Below are positions 8,009 to 17,089 of a DNA stretch of 31,674 nucleotides, piece by piece. Below the pieces are notes generated by a model. It worked only from the letters and a program-made list of their open reading frames with translations, searched no databases and was not told where the DNA came from. The DNA is from an uncultured Methanosarcinales archaeon. GTDB lineage: Archaea; Nanobdellota; Nanobdellia; Woesearchaeales; JAGVZT01. The stretch is taken from positions 1 through 31,674 of the forward strand of contig CAYQPU010000018.1 of NCBI GenBank assembly GCA_964419615.1, read 5' to 3'. Within the stretch, counting starts at the first letter, position 1, and each line of letters opens with the position of its first letter. A program made the position numbers and the translations under genes.

Positions 8009-8782
8009 ATGACATCATTAAGAGAAATAGGCTTAACAGAATATGAAGAAAAAATATACCTAACACTACTAAAGCAAGGCACTCTTACAGGTGGTCAAGT
8101 ATCAAAGTTATCTAAAGTACCGCATGGTAGAACATATGAAGTTTTAAACAACTTGGCTGAAAAAGGCTTTGTTTCCGTACTTCCAATTAAGCCAAAAATA
8201 TTCAAAGCAGTTGATCCAAAAATAGCAATTAACTCAACCATAAACAACCAGATTAATGATTTACATGAACTTGGAAAAATAATCCCTTCTCAACTTAAAG
8301 CATACAATCCCTTACCAAAAAGAAAAAAAAACGATCAGCACATCACAATTCTTGCTGGCAGAAAGAACATGATTAATATAATCATTAACAGCATTAATTG
8401 TGCACAAAAATACATAAAAACAATGTACACTTACGAGCTTGATCCACATGGTATGGTCAGAGTGCAAAATGAGGCTCTTAAGCGAGGTGTTAAAATCAAA
8501 CAAATCGCAACTAAACTTACAAGACAAGGCTTAAAATGGATGAGAAGAGACATTAAAAGAGGAATACAAGTTAGATACTATCCAGTTGAAGAACTAAGAT
8601 TTACAGTGCGTGATGGAACAACAAGCTTTCAAACAATGCTTAATCCCAGAAATCCAAAAGATAGGATAACTATACTTGCAGAAAGTCTAGAATTCACGCA
8701 AGCATTTGAGCATTACTTTGATGTATTATGGAAAAAATCCACAAAAATTGAGAATATCAAACAAAAAGATATTTTAATATGA
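8009..8782 (+). CDS. TrmB-family transcriptional regulator
   Basis: N-terminal wHTH LREIGLTEYEEKIYLTLLKQG...SKVPHGRTYEVLNNLAEKGFV and a C-terminal PLD-like effector domain ending FEHYFDVLWKKS. Confidence 0.9.
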   Translation: MTSLREIGLTEYEEKIYLTLLKQGTLTGGQVSKLSKVPHGRTYEVLNNLAEKGFVSVLPIKPKIFKAVDPKIAINSTINNQINDLHELGKIIPSQLKAYNPLPKRKKNDQHITILAGRKNMINIIINSINCAQKYIKTMYTYELDPHGMVRVQNEALKRGVKIKQIATKLTRQGLKWMRRDIKRGIQVRYYPVEELRFTVRDGTTSFQTMLNPRNPKDRITILAESLEFTQAFEHYFDVLWKKSTKIENIKQKDILI

Positions 8783-8813
8783 TGAGATTCAAACAACTAA
8801 AAGAGGGAGTGTA

Positions 8814-11399
8814 ATGAAATACTATAGCATAAAAACAAAAGAAGTTCTAAATCAATTAAAAAGTTCAACAGAAGGTTTATCAGAAAAGGAAGCTGAAAAA
8901 AGAATTGAAGAGTATGGTCCAAATCAGTTGGAAGAAAAAGACAAGATCAAACCATTAACAATATTTCTCAATCAATTCAAAAGCTTTGTAATTGGTATAT
9001 TATTTGCAGTAATGTTAATATCTGTATTTTTACATGAATGGCCAGAAGCAATTGCAGTAGGAGTCATACTTGTATTAAATGCAATACTCGGATTTATTCA
9101 AGAGTACAAGGCAGAAAAAGCAATTGAAGCTCTAAAAAACATGGCAACTCCAAAAGCCAAAGTAATCCGTGATGGTAAATTAGTCGAGGTTGAATCAAAG
9201 GATGTTGTACCTGGAGATCTAATATCAATTGACACAGGAGACAAAATACCTGCAGACGCAAGAATTATTGAGGCAATGAGTTTTGAAACTCAGGAAGCAG
9301 CATTAACAGGAGAATCCTTACCAGTCAAGAAAACACTTGATCCCTTACCAGAAAAAACAATTGTTGCTAACAGAACCAATATGATCTATGCTGGGACTAT
9401 CGTCACAAAAGGACATGCAAAAGCAATTGTTGTATCAACTGGTATGAAGACTGAATTTGGAAAAATTGCAGAAATGATTCAGGCAACTCCAGAAGAACCA
9501 ACTCACCTTCAAATCAAGCTAAAAGAACTGGGACATTCTCTTGGAATCATGACTATAGTCATATGTGCATTAATATTTGGGGTTGGAGTTTTAAAGGGAA
9601 ACGAGATTATTGAAATGCTAATTAATTCAATAGCTTTAGCAGTTGCAGCAATCCCGGAAGGTTTGCCAGCAGTTGTCACAATCTCACTAGCACTAGGTGT
9701 GCAGCGTATGGTTCGCAAAAACGCCCTGATTAGGAAGCTGCCTTCAGTTGAAACCTTGGGATCAACAACAGTCATCTGTACAGATAAAACCGGTACATTA
9801 ACCCATAATGAAATGACTGTGAAAAAAATCTTTGTAAACAACAAGATAGTCAATGTAACTGGTTCAGGATATGAACCAAAGGGAGAATTTAGTGAAGATC
9901 CAAAGGGCTTTGAACTGCTCTTAAAGATTGGCACCCTAAATAATGATGCAACCTTACAAGAGGGTAAAGTTGTTGGTGATCCAACAGAAGGTTGTCTAAT
10001 TGTAAGTGCTGCAAAAGCAGGTATTGACAAAGACAAACTTGTAAAACAAAACCCCAGAACTGATGAAATACCTTTTGATTCTGAAAGAAAACTAATGACA
10101 ACTATCCACAAAACAAAAAGTGGAAAAGTAGCATTCACAAAAGGAGCACCAGATATTATACTTCATTTGTGTAACAGAATCTTAATCAATGGAAAAATCC
10201 AAAGGTTAACAAACCCAATTAAAAAGAAAATTCTCAAACAAGAAGATGAATTTGCAGCAGAAGCACTAAGAGTATTAGGATTTGCTTATAATGATGTAAA
10301 AGGAAAAGTCAAGGAAAAAGATATGATCTTTGTTGGATTACAGGCAATGATTGATCCTCCAAGGCAAGAAGTAAAAGAATCAATCGCAAAGTGCAGAAAC
10401 GCAGGAATCAAAGTAGTAATGGTAACAGGAGACTACAAAATAACAGCCCAGGCAATAGCCAAGGAACTTGGAATTGAAGGTGTAGCAATAACTGGAGAAG
10501 AACTAGACAAGATCAAGAATTTTGAGAAACAAATAGATGATATTGGAATCTATGCAAGGGTCAATCCAGAGCATAAGATGAAGATCATTGAAGCCTTTAG
10601 AAAAAAAGGACATATTGTGGCCATGACTGGTGATGGTGTAAATGATGCACCAGCACTAAAAAGAGCTGACATTGGAATAGCAATGGGCATAACTGGAACA
10701 GATGTTGCAAAAGAAGCTTCAGATATAATCCTCACAGATGATAATTTTGCAAGCATTGTTAATGCAGTTGAAGAAGGAAGAGGTGTTTATGACAACATAA
10801 AAAAATCAGTCAAATACCTCTTAAGTTGTAATCTAGGTGAAGTTCTAACAATCTTTTTTGGGATAGCTGTAGGCCTTCCATCTCCTTTGCTAGCGCTGCA
10901 ATTATTACTAATGAACATATTTACAGACGGAGGTCCAGCTTTAGCTTTAGCTGTCGAACCAATTGAATCTGATATTATGGAAAGAAAACCAAGAAAAAAG
11001 AACGAGAAAATATTCTCAAAATCAATTTTCTTCAATATGATGTTGGTTGGTTTAATAATGTGTGTTGGAACATTGGGGATATTTTACTTTTACTTAAGCA
11101 AAAGCACAGCATATGCTCAAACAATGGCTTTCACAACGTTAGTAATGTTCCAAATGTTTCAGGTATTAAACTGCAGATCAGAAGATAAATCCTTATTCAA
11201 AAAAGGTCTAATAACAAACAAATTTTTGCTATTGGCAATCTTGGTTTCATTAGGTCTGCAGCTGGTAGTATTGTACACACCAGCATCAGTATTATTTGAG
11301 ACAGTACCAATAACAATAATGGATTGGGTATACTTAACCCTTGTATCATCATCTGTCTTTGTAATTGTAGAACTTGTCAAAGTCTTTAAGAAAAAATGA
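8814..11399 (+). CDS. P-type ATPase, P2A (Ca2+-transporting type)
   Basis: TGES, IPEGLP, DKTGTLT phosphorylation site, DPPR, TGD, GDGVNDAP. GGGAGTG RBS. Confidence 0.95.
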   Translation: MKYYSIKTKEVLNQLKSSTEGLSEKEAEKRIEEYGPNQLEEKDKIKPLTIFLNQFKSFVIGILFAVMLISVFLHEWPEAIAVGVILVLNAILGFIQEYKAEKAIEALKNMATPKAKVIRDGKLVEVESKDVVPGDLISIDTGDKIPADARIIEAMSFETQEAALTGESLPVKKTLDPLPEKTIVANRTNMIYAGTIVTKGHAKAIVVSTGMKTEFGKIAEMIQATPEEPTHLQIKLKELGHSLGIMTIVICALIFGVGVLKGNEIIEMLINSIALAVAAIPEGLPAVVTISLALGVQRMVRKNALIRKLPSVETLGSTTVICTDKTGTLTHNEMTVKKIFVNNKIVNVTGSGYEPKGEFSEDPKGFELLLKIGTLNNDATLQEGKVVGDPTEGCLIVSAAKAGIDKDKLVKQNPRTDEIPFDSERKLMTTIHKTKSGKVAFTKGAPDIILHLCNRILINGKIQRLTNPIKKKILKQEDEFAAEALRVLGFAYNDVKGKVKEKDMIFVGLQAMIDPPRQEVKESIAKCRNAGIKVVMVTGDYKITAQAIAKELGIEGVAITGEELDKIKNFEKQIDDIGIYARVNPEHKMKIIEAFRKKGHIVAMTGDGVNDAPALKRADIGIAMGITGTDVAKEASDIILTDDNFASIVNAVEEGRGVYDNIKKSVKYLLSCNLGEVLTIFFGIAVGLPSPLLALQLLLMNIFTDGGPALALAVEPIESDIMERKPRKKNEKIFSKSIFFNMMLVGLIMCVGTLGIFYFYLSKSTAYAQTMAFTTLVMFQMFQVLNCRSEDKSLFKKGLITNKFLLLAILVSLGLQLVVLYTPASVLFETVPITIMDWVYLTLVSSSVFVIVELVKVFKKK

Positions 11400-13342
11400 C
11401 TGAACTAAAAAGAGTAATAGGTACAGGGACAATATTAGCCCTATCTATTGGGTCAGTTATGGGCACAGGAATTTTTCTTGGTCCAGCTATTGGTGCAGGT
11501 ATAGCAGGAAATGCATCTATCATAGCCTGGATAGTGCTTTCACTAGTAGGTTTATACATAGCCTCCTGTTTTGGAGAACTTGTTGCAATGTTTCCCAAGG
11601 CAGGTGGAGTATATGAATTTGGAAAGCAAACATACGGAAGATTCTTCTCATTCATAATTGGATGGGTAGCCTGGCTGGTTGGAAATATCACTACTGTTGT
11701 GCTAATAGTCGCCGGAGTGGAATACCTTTTACCCGGAAACTTTAAAGTTTTAAAAATAATCATTAGCATTGTCTTTTTGCTCATCCTCAATTTAATTGCA
11801 TTATTAGGAATGAAAGAAAGCTCGTTTATGGTTATAACCTTTACCGTGATTAGTATATTAGTCATAATTGGAGTATTAATCCCTGGTTTTTTCTCAATTA
11901 ATCCTGGTAATTATATCCCATTTTTTGCCGGAAGCTTAACACCAATATTTGTAACTCTATTTTTTATTGCAGAAAGTTTCTTTGGATGGGAAGCTGCAAC
12001 ATACTTAGCAGAAGAAACAAAAAATCCAAAAAAAGTAATTCCAAAAGCTCTTTTGGTTTCCACAATCATTGTTGCATTAATGAGTGTTCTTTTGGCAGTA
12101 ACCATGCTGGGAGTAATTAAATGGGATGTGCTTGCAAAATCAGCAGCTCCATTAAGAGACTTTTCTCAAATTGCATTTGGTAACCTTGGGTTTACTAACA
12201 TAAAAAAAGTAATGGATGTAATCAGCATAGGTGTTTATTTAACTTTACTGGGATCAGCTGCTGGAAATATAATAACAATGCCTCGTTTATTATTGGCTTT
12301 GGCTAGAGATAAACTGTTCTTAAAACAATTTACAGAAATTCATCCAAAATTTTTTACACCTCACAAAGCAATAATTTTCCAATTCTTTGCATGTCTGCTA
12401 ATTTTGTTCATAGGATTTGGAAGTTACACCACACTCCTTAGTTTACTTGTACCTCTCGGTTTAGTAATGTATGCATCAGTATTACTAGCTATTCCCATAC
12501 TAAGATTTAGAAAACCTGAAATCAAAAGAGAATTCAAAGCTCCATTAGGAAAAATTGGACCATTGATAATTGTATTATTCTTCCTTACCATGGTTGTTAT
12601 GTGGGCGACAACACAGGAAGGTTCGGGTAGAATATTGGGACTTGGTGGTTCACTAGTTTTAATAGGATTACCATTGTACTTACTCATTGAACTTTACAAT
12701 GATCCGCAAATGATCACAGAAGTAAATGACGTTCTTGCATATCTAACACTATTTACTGAAAGAATAAACCTTCCTAAAACAGTTCAAAAAGAAATCTTTT
12801 CTTTGATTGGAGATGTTAAAGGAAAAGATGTGTTAGAATTCGGCTGTGGTGTAGGAACACTAACTACAAAATTAGCCAAAGCAGTTGGCCCTGCTGGAAC
12901 AGTTTATGCAACAAGCTTTTCACAAAATCACCTAAAAATCACTCAAAAAAGAACCCAACTTAAAGATTGGGATTGTCAGGAAACATTATTTGGAGATGTC
13001 AAGTACATCCACGACCTTGAACACACATCAAGAGTCCATCCAGATGTTGGAAAAGTTGATGTTGCAGTATCAGTTGGAACAATCGGTTATGTGCAAGAGG
13101 TTGAAAAAGTACTAAAAGAAATAAACCAATTAATGCCTCAAACTGGCAGAATTGTTTTTGTGGATTATGGAGATTTTTTCCATATATTACCCAATGTGGA
13201 CTGGTTATCAACAAATGACAAAATTGAAAGAGTATTTAGAAACTGCGGTTTTTCTGTTCAGGTTGAAAGAAAAAAAGGATTATTTTGGAATTACATTTTC
13301 ATATATGGAATGAAATTTGGAAAAGATGTTCCATTTATCTAA
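11396..13342 (+). CDS. APC-family amino acid permease fused to a class I SAM-dependent methyltransferase-like domain
   Basis: TM1 GSVMGTGIF and TM6 GWEAATYLAEETKNPKKVIPKA, about 12 TMs. C-terminal VLEFGCGVGTL and VLKEINQLMPQTGRIVFVD. ATGA overlap with the ATPase. Confidence 0.85.
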   Translation: MTELKRVIGTGTILALSIGSVMGTGIFLGPAIGAGIAGNASIIAWIVLSLVGLYIASCFGELVAMFPKAGGVYEFGKQTYGRFFSFIIGWVAWLVGNITTVVLIVAGVEYLLPGNFKVLKIIISIVFLLILNLIALLGMKESSFMVITFTVISILVIIGVLIPGFFSINPGNYIPFFAGSLTPIFVTLFFIAESFFGWEAATYLAEETKNPKKVIPKALLVSTIIVALMSVLLAVTMLGVIKWDVLAKSAAPLRDFSQIAFGNLGFTNIKKVMDVISIGVYLTLLGSAAGNIITMPRLLLALARDKLFLKQFTEIHPKFFTPHKAIIFQFFACLLILFIGFGSYTTLLSLLVPLGLVMYASVLLAIPILRFRKPEIKREFKAPLGKIGPLIIVLFFLTMVVMWATTQEGSGRILGLGGSLVLIGLPLYLLIELYNDPQMITEVNDVLAYLTLFTERINLPKTVQKEIFSLIGDVKGKDVLEFGCGVGTLTTKLAKAVGPAGTVYATSFSQNHLKITQKRTQLKDWDCQETLFGDVKYIHDLEHTSRVHPDVGKVDVAVSVGTIGYVQEVEKVLKEINQLMPQTGRIVFVDYGDFFHILPNVDWLSTNDKIERVFRNCGFSVQVERKKGLFWNYIFIYGMKFGKDVPFI

Positions 13343-13668
13343 GATTTTGCTCTTTTTTCTTTTTGTTCTCTAATAAATGGAAACCTCATATGCTTCCCAC
13401 AATTCTTACAAGTATAAGCAGCTTTACCGTCAGCCATTCTAACTGTGCAATTAACACCTTGCTTAAGATAACAATTACAGTGCTTACAAAACCTTTTTTT
13501 AAATTTATTTGGAATAACTACTTTATACTTCATAGCCAATTTCCTTGCCAGGCTAACATATCTATCTGAAAGTTTTGAATCTTCATGAAACATACCTTCT
13601 GCTTCTGAAAATAAAGTTTCAATCCGCTCAATAGCAATATGCTGCTGCTTTTTAGGCTTTTTACTCAT
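13339..13668 (-). CDS. rnp4: Ribonuclease P protein component 4 (Rpp21)
   Basis: IAIERIETLF...DRYVSLARKLAMKY, KKRFCKHC and CKNCG...RFP zinc ribbon. Confidence 0.93.
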   Translation of the reverse strand: MSKKPKKQQHIAIERIETLFSEAEGMFHEDSKLSDRYVSLARKLAMKYKVVIPNKFKKRFCKHCNCYLKQGVNCTVRMADGKAAYTCKNCGKHMRFPFIREQKEKRAKS

Positions 13669-13713
13669 AATAAATAAAAGAAAAAGAAATAATATAAATT
13701 ATTTTCTGTGTTT

Positions 13714-13848
13714 ACTTCAATAAAGCAGAAAGCCATCCTCTTTACTGGGTGGGCGAATGCTTTTTGAAGTCTGAAAATATGCGGAAATAGTGACTGTCGT
13801 AAAGCTCCCCACTTCATTGAGGAGATAGGGTTCCACTAGCATATTTTC
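13714..13848. ncRNA. Candidate structured ncRNA or UTR: two adjacent long hairpins
   Basis: Hairpin 1: ACTTCAA-T-AAAGCA / TGCTTT-TTGAAGT with a GAAA/GAA internal loop and GCCATCC/GGGTG-G-GC. Hairpin 2: GAAAATATGC / GCATATTTTC with an inner CTCCCCA/TGAGGAG arm. Confidence 0.5.
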
Positions 13849-13849
13849 T

Positions 13850-14146
13850 TTACGTTGTTGACAACAAATCATCATCTGGTTCTCTTGGTTGACAACAAGC
13901 TTGTCCAGGATGATCTTTGGCATCAGTAACTCCAATTATTCTGGATTCTGTTTCTGAATCGCATTCACTTTTCCATTGAGCACCTGGAAAATCTGTTTCA
14001 CAATCTCTTGAAGTATTAGAGCCAAACATATCTGTGAACCAACCCATTCTGCCAGTAAACACCATAATAAGGACAAACAACACTAATATGACAATAGCTG
14101 CAATCACAATCGTGTTTAAAGATAAACCTTGAGCTTTTTTTGACAT
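13850..14146 (-). CDS. Type IV pilin-like protein with class III signal peptide and small 4-Cys domain
   Basis: MSKKAQ-GLSLNTIVIAAIVILVLFVL, strong GAGGTGA RBS, C..QW...C...CC domain. Confidence 0.8.
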   Translation of the reverse strand: MSKKAQGLSLNTIVIAAIVILVLFVLIMVFTGRMGWFTDMFGSNTSRDCETDFPGAQWKSECDSETESRIIGVTDAKDHPGQACCQPREPDDDLLSTT

Positions 14147-14239
14147 GCAATCACCTCTTAATAAACAACAACAATTTTTATATTTAAATGTTTCTAATAC
14201 TTCCAGGTATAATGATCAATAAGACGGCCTGCTGAGCTA

Positions 14240-14515
14240 TTAACCTTTGCAACAAAGCATACCTTCAAACTCATCCTGATCTTTTAGCTTCAATGAGATC
14301 CTGCTTTGAGTTGGTTCACAAAACTCTTGCCACTGTCCATTAAAATATTCACACGATTCAATATTCTCTCTTCTAATCAAAGGCTTGCGATAAGTGGGTT
14401 TACTCAAAGCACTCTTTATATCATCAAGATACAGAAAGCCTATTGCCGCAGTCACGAAAACCAAAGTTAGTACAATGGCTGCAATCACAAGCTTGTCAAG
14501 ATCTGGCTCTTTCAT
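14240..14515 (-). CDS. Paralog of the pilin-like protein lacking the KKAQ processing motif
   Basis: LVIAAIVLTLVFV and CEYFNGQWQEFCEPTQSRI...GMLCC align with 13850-14146. Confidence 0.7.
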   Translation of the reverse strand: MKEPDLDKLVIAAIVLTLVFVTAAIGFLYLDDIKSALSKPTYRKPLIRRENIESCEYFNGQWQEFCEPTQSRISLKLKDQDEFEGMLCCKG

Positions 14516-14551
14516 TTTTTTTCTCTTAATATTTCAATCACAAATATTTTT

Positions 14552-16189
14552 CTATAGACTTTTCAATATGTTATTGAAATCAGTTTCTTTAGCTAAAAGT
14601 AATTTAAACTTAGGTAATTCTTTTAATCCAGGATTAACCTTTATACTATCAACATCCACAATCTCTTGTTTTGTTTTGTAATACAAAGTATTTGGTCTAA
14701 ATCCAGATTCTTTAAAACGCTTCTCCCAGGTTAAAACCTCAGATGCTGGTGCTGCAAAAAACCCACCCTGAATATCCAGTTTAATATCTGTCTTAAAAAA
14801 TCCATCCATATTATTGATTATTTTTCTATAGTATTTCTTTGCTTTTTTAATAAGTTTAATCAACTGCAAAGCATTAATTTCAGACAATTCATCTGGCGAA
14901 ACTATTTCAACCAGAGTGCTGTAAATCAGACTATTTTTTTCCTTCATCTCCTTAATCAAATTCTTAGCATACTCTTTTGATAGATCATTTTTTTCTTTTT
15001 TGTTAATATTACCATATTTTTCAAGAAGATGTCCAAATTGTTTGTTAATTGTCAAAGTAAACTCACTAAATCTGTACAATTGATTTTCAATCTCTTTTTG
15101 CACACTATTCTTACCAACAATTTTCAACAGATCCTTATTGGTATCCTTGAAAAAGAAAAAATTGTTTTTTGTCACTTCTTCAAGAGCAAAAACAAAAGCA
15201 TAACTTAGTTTATCATTTACCTTGTTGATATCAAAAGGAATATAATTAAGGCTTTGTGGAACAAAGGCAACTGTTGCTTTTGTTGAATGCAACTGAAAAG
15301 TGTTATTTGATCTAATCTCTCTATCTTTAATAATTTGTAAAGCCTCTTTCTTGCTGCAAGAAAAAACCACTAAATTTCCAGACGGAACAATAAGCTTTGG
15401 CTTATCTGTTTGCTCTAACAATAAACTAATATCATCCACAAGATGAATTTGAATTTCTTCAAGCCAATCAATTTCTTTAAAATAATTATCTTCTCTTATG
15501 ACCAATTTATTATGATAACCAATATTTCTTAAGAATCTGTTGTGAAACAAAAATTCTCTTCCAACAAGCATAAATAATTCTTTATACTGATCTTTGATAG
15601 ATTGTTTTTTTCCAAAAAACTTCATTTTTTTTAGGAAACTTCCTTTAAGATTATTGATGATCTTATTTTGTCTCTTCAAATTGGATTGTAATTCTTCTAA
15701 TTCTGAAAGAATCAAACTTATTGTCTCAATTTCAATTAGATTAATACCTTCAATCTGTTCCAGCATTAATCTAACATCATTTAATCCAATAATACCCATA
15801 TTCAAATACTGTTGGATTTCTCCTTGTATGCTTGGAACAAGATCAATTAACCCTTCAATTATTTTATTTGCTCTTTTATTATCAACAACATCTTGTTTCA
15901 AAATCCCTAGAAATCTCTTATCTAAAACCCTATTTGTTTTTAAAATAATTCTTTCATTAGATACAATATTTAATATCTGGTTGTTTATACTATAAAGCTT
16001 TGTTAAATCAGTTCTTGTGTTTTTAAACTTCCCTTCATTACACAAAGAGTGAATTTCCTCAACAAGATCCTTTTTTCTTGATTCTATACTTCGATCAAAG
16101 CTAAGCAGCTTATCTTCTGGTTTATTCTGCTGAATTTTTATATTAATATTCTTTAATCTATTAACCTCTTTTTCCAGCAAAGCTTTCAT
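14552..16189 (-). CDS. Hypothetical protein with N-terminal helical/coiled-coil region and globular C-terminal region
   Basis: 545-aa uninterrupted ORF, K/N/I/L-rich, visibly more AT-rich than its neighbours. Confidence 0.75.
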   Translation of the reverse strand: MKALLEKEVNRLKNINIKIQQNKPEDKLLSFDRSIESRKKDLVEEIHSLCNEGKFKNTRTDLTKLYSINNQILNIVSNERIILKTNRVLDKRFLGILKQDVVDNKRANKIIEGLIDLVPSIQGEIQQYLNMGIIGLNDVRLMLEQIEGINLIEIETISLILSELEELQSNLKRQNKIINNLKGSFLKKMKFFGKKQSIKDQYKELFMLVGREFLFHNRFLRNIGYHNKLVIREDNYFKEIDWLEEIQIHLVDDISLLLEQTDKPKLIVPSGNLVVFSCSKKEALQIIKDREIRSNNTFQLHSTKATVAFVPQSLNYIPFDINKVNDKLSYAFVFALEEVTKNNFFFFKDTNKDLLKIVGKNSVQKEIENQLYRFSEFTLTINKQFGHLLEKYGNINKKEKNDLSKEYAKNLIKEMKEKNSLIYSTLVEIVSPDELSEINALQLIKLIKKAKKYYRKIINNMDGFFKTDIKLDIQGGFFAAPASEVLTWEKRFKESGFRPNTLYYKTKQEIVDVDSIKVNPGLKELPKFKLLLAKETDFNNILKSL

Positions 16190-16302
16190 TAATGTATCCT
16201 GACATGTAATAGAATAAAAATGTTTCCATCAAATTTGGTTTGTACTATGAAAATTTAATTATTCCAAAAAAGATATAAACATCACAATAAAACACTCACA
16301 AT

Positions 16303-17061
16303 ATGGACCTAACTGATGTTCATGCCCACCTAGACTTCTTCCAAGACAAACTAGATGAAATAATTGCAAAAGCAAAGCAAGTAGGTGTGAAAAGAATAAT
16401 AACAAATGGTTTGAATCCAGAAACAAACAGAAAAGTACTGGAAATATCAAAAAAATACTCAATAGTAAAACCTGCACTTGGAATATATCCTGAAGATGCA
16501 ATTAAACTCGATTCAATTGAGATTGACAAAGAACTTGAATTTATTCAAAAAAATCAAAATGAAATTCTGGCACTTGGGGAAATTGGTTTAGATAACACAT
16601 ATCCAAACCCAGAAAAGCAAACAGAAGTTTTTATCAAACAACTGGAACTAGCTGAAAAACTAAACAAACCAGTTATTGTCCATTCTAGAAAAGCAGAGCG
16701 AGATATAATTGAAATATTAGAAACAAAAAAACAAAAAAAAGTGATCTTACACTGTTTTTGTGGTAAGCAAAGTTTGGTAAAACAAGCAAGAGACAAAGGT
16801 TTTTACTTTTCCATACCTCCAAATATAATAAGAAGTCAGCAATTCCAATTTTTGGCTAAGGAAGTTCCCCTAAATCAGTTGTTAACAGAAACAGATTCCC
16901 CAAATCTAAGCCCATACAAGGATAAAACAAACCAACCAGCATTTGTAATTGAATCTGTAAAAAAAATTGCCAAAATCAAAAACAAAAGCTTAACAGACAC
17001 AGCGCAAAAACTAATATCAAACTATATATATCTATTTGAAGATAATATACGAAAAATTTAA
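16303..17061 (+). CDS. tatD: TatD-family metal-dependent hydrolase/DNase
   Basis: DVHAHLD, GEIGLD, VHSRKA, ILHCF and LTETDSP motifs. Confidence 0.93.
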   Translation: MDLTDVHAHLDFFQDKLDEIIAKAKQVGVKRIITNGLNPETNRKVLEISKKYSIVKPALGIYPEDAIKLDSIEIDKELEFIQKNQNEILALGEIGLDNTYPNPEKQTEVFIKQLELAEKLNKPVIVHSRKAERDIIEILETKKQKKVILHCFCGKQSLVKQARDKGFYFSIPPNIIRSQQFQFLAKEVPLNQLLTETDSPNLSPYKDKTNQPAFVIESVKKIAKIKNKSLTDTAQKLISNYIYLFEDNIRKI

Positions 17062-17089
17062 ATAATGCTCCTTCCAAATTAGTATTATC

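Noticed and set aside
8323-8331. A9 run in trmB (and T8 near 15625) as phase-variation sites
   Set aside because: Both genes are intact and in frame; such runs are expected in Lys-rich genes of an AT-rich genome.
9509-11865. Minus-strand ORFs of 68-209 aa
   Set aside because: Antisense to the well-supported P-type ATPase and APC permease, with no independent motifs or start signals.
13714-13848. RNase P RNA, SRP RNA, fluoride riboswitch or SECIS identity for the twin hairpins
   Set aside because: No GAGGAAAGUCC/CR-V pair and too short for RNase P; no CAGG/AGCA helix-8 loop; GGAGAUAGGGUUCC lacks the fluoride P1 and pseudoknot partner; no in-frame UGA selenoprotein nearby.
13717-13935. 72-aa minus-strand ORF spanning the twin hairpins
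   Set aside because: Overlaps the pilin gene in another frame, has no RBS or recognisable features; the base-pairing explains the region better.
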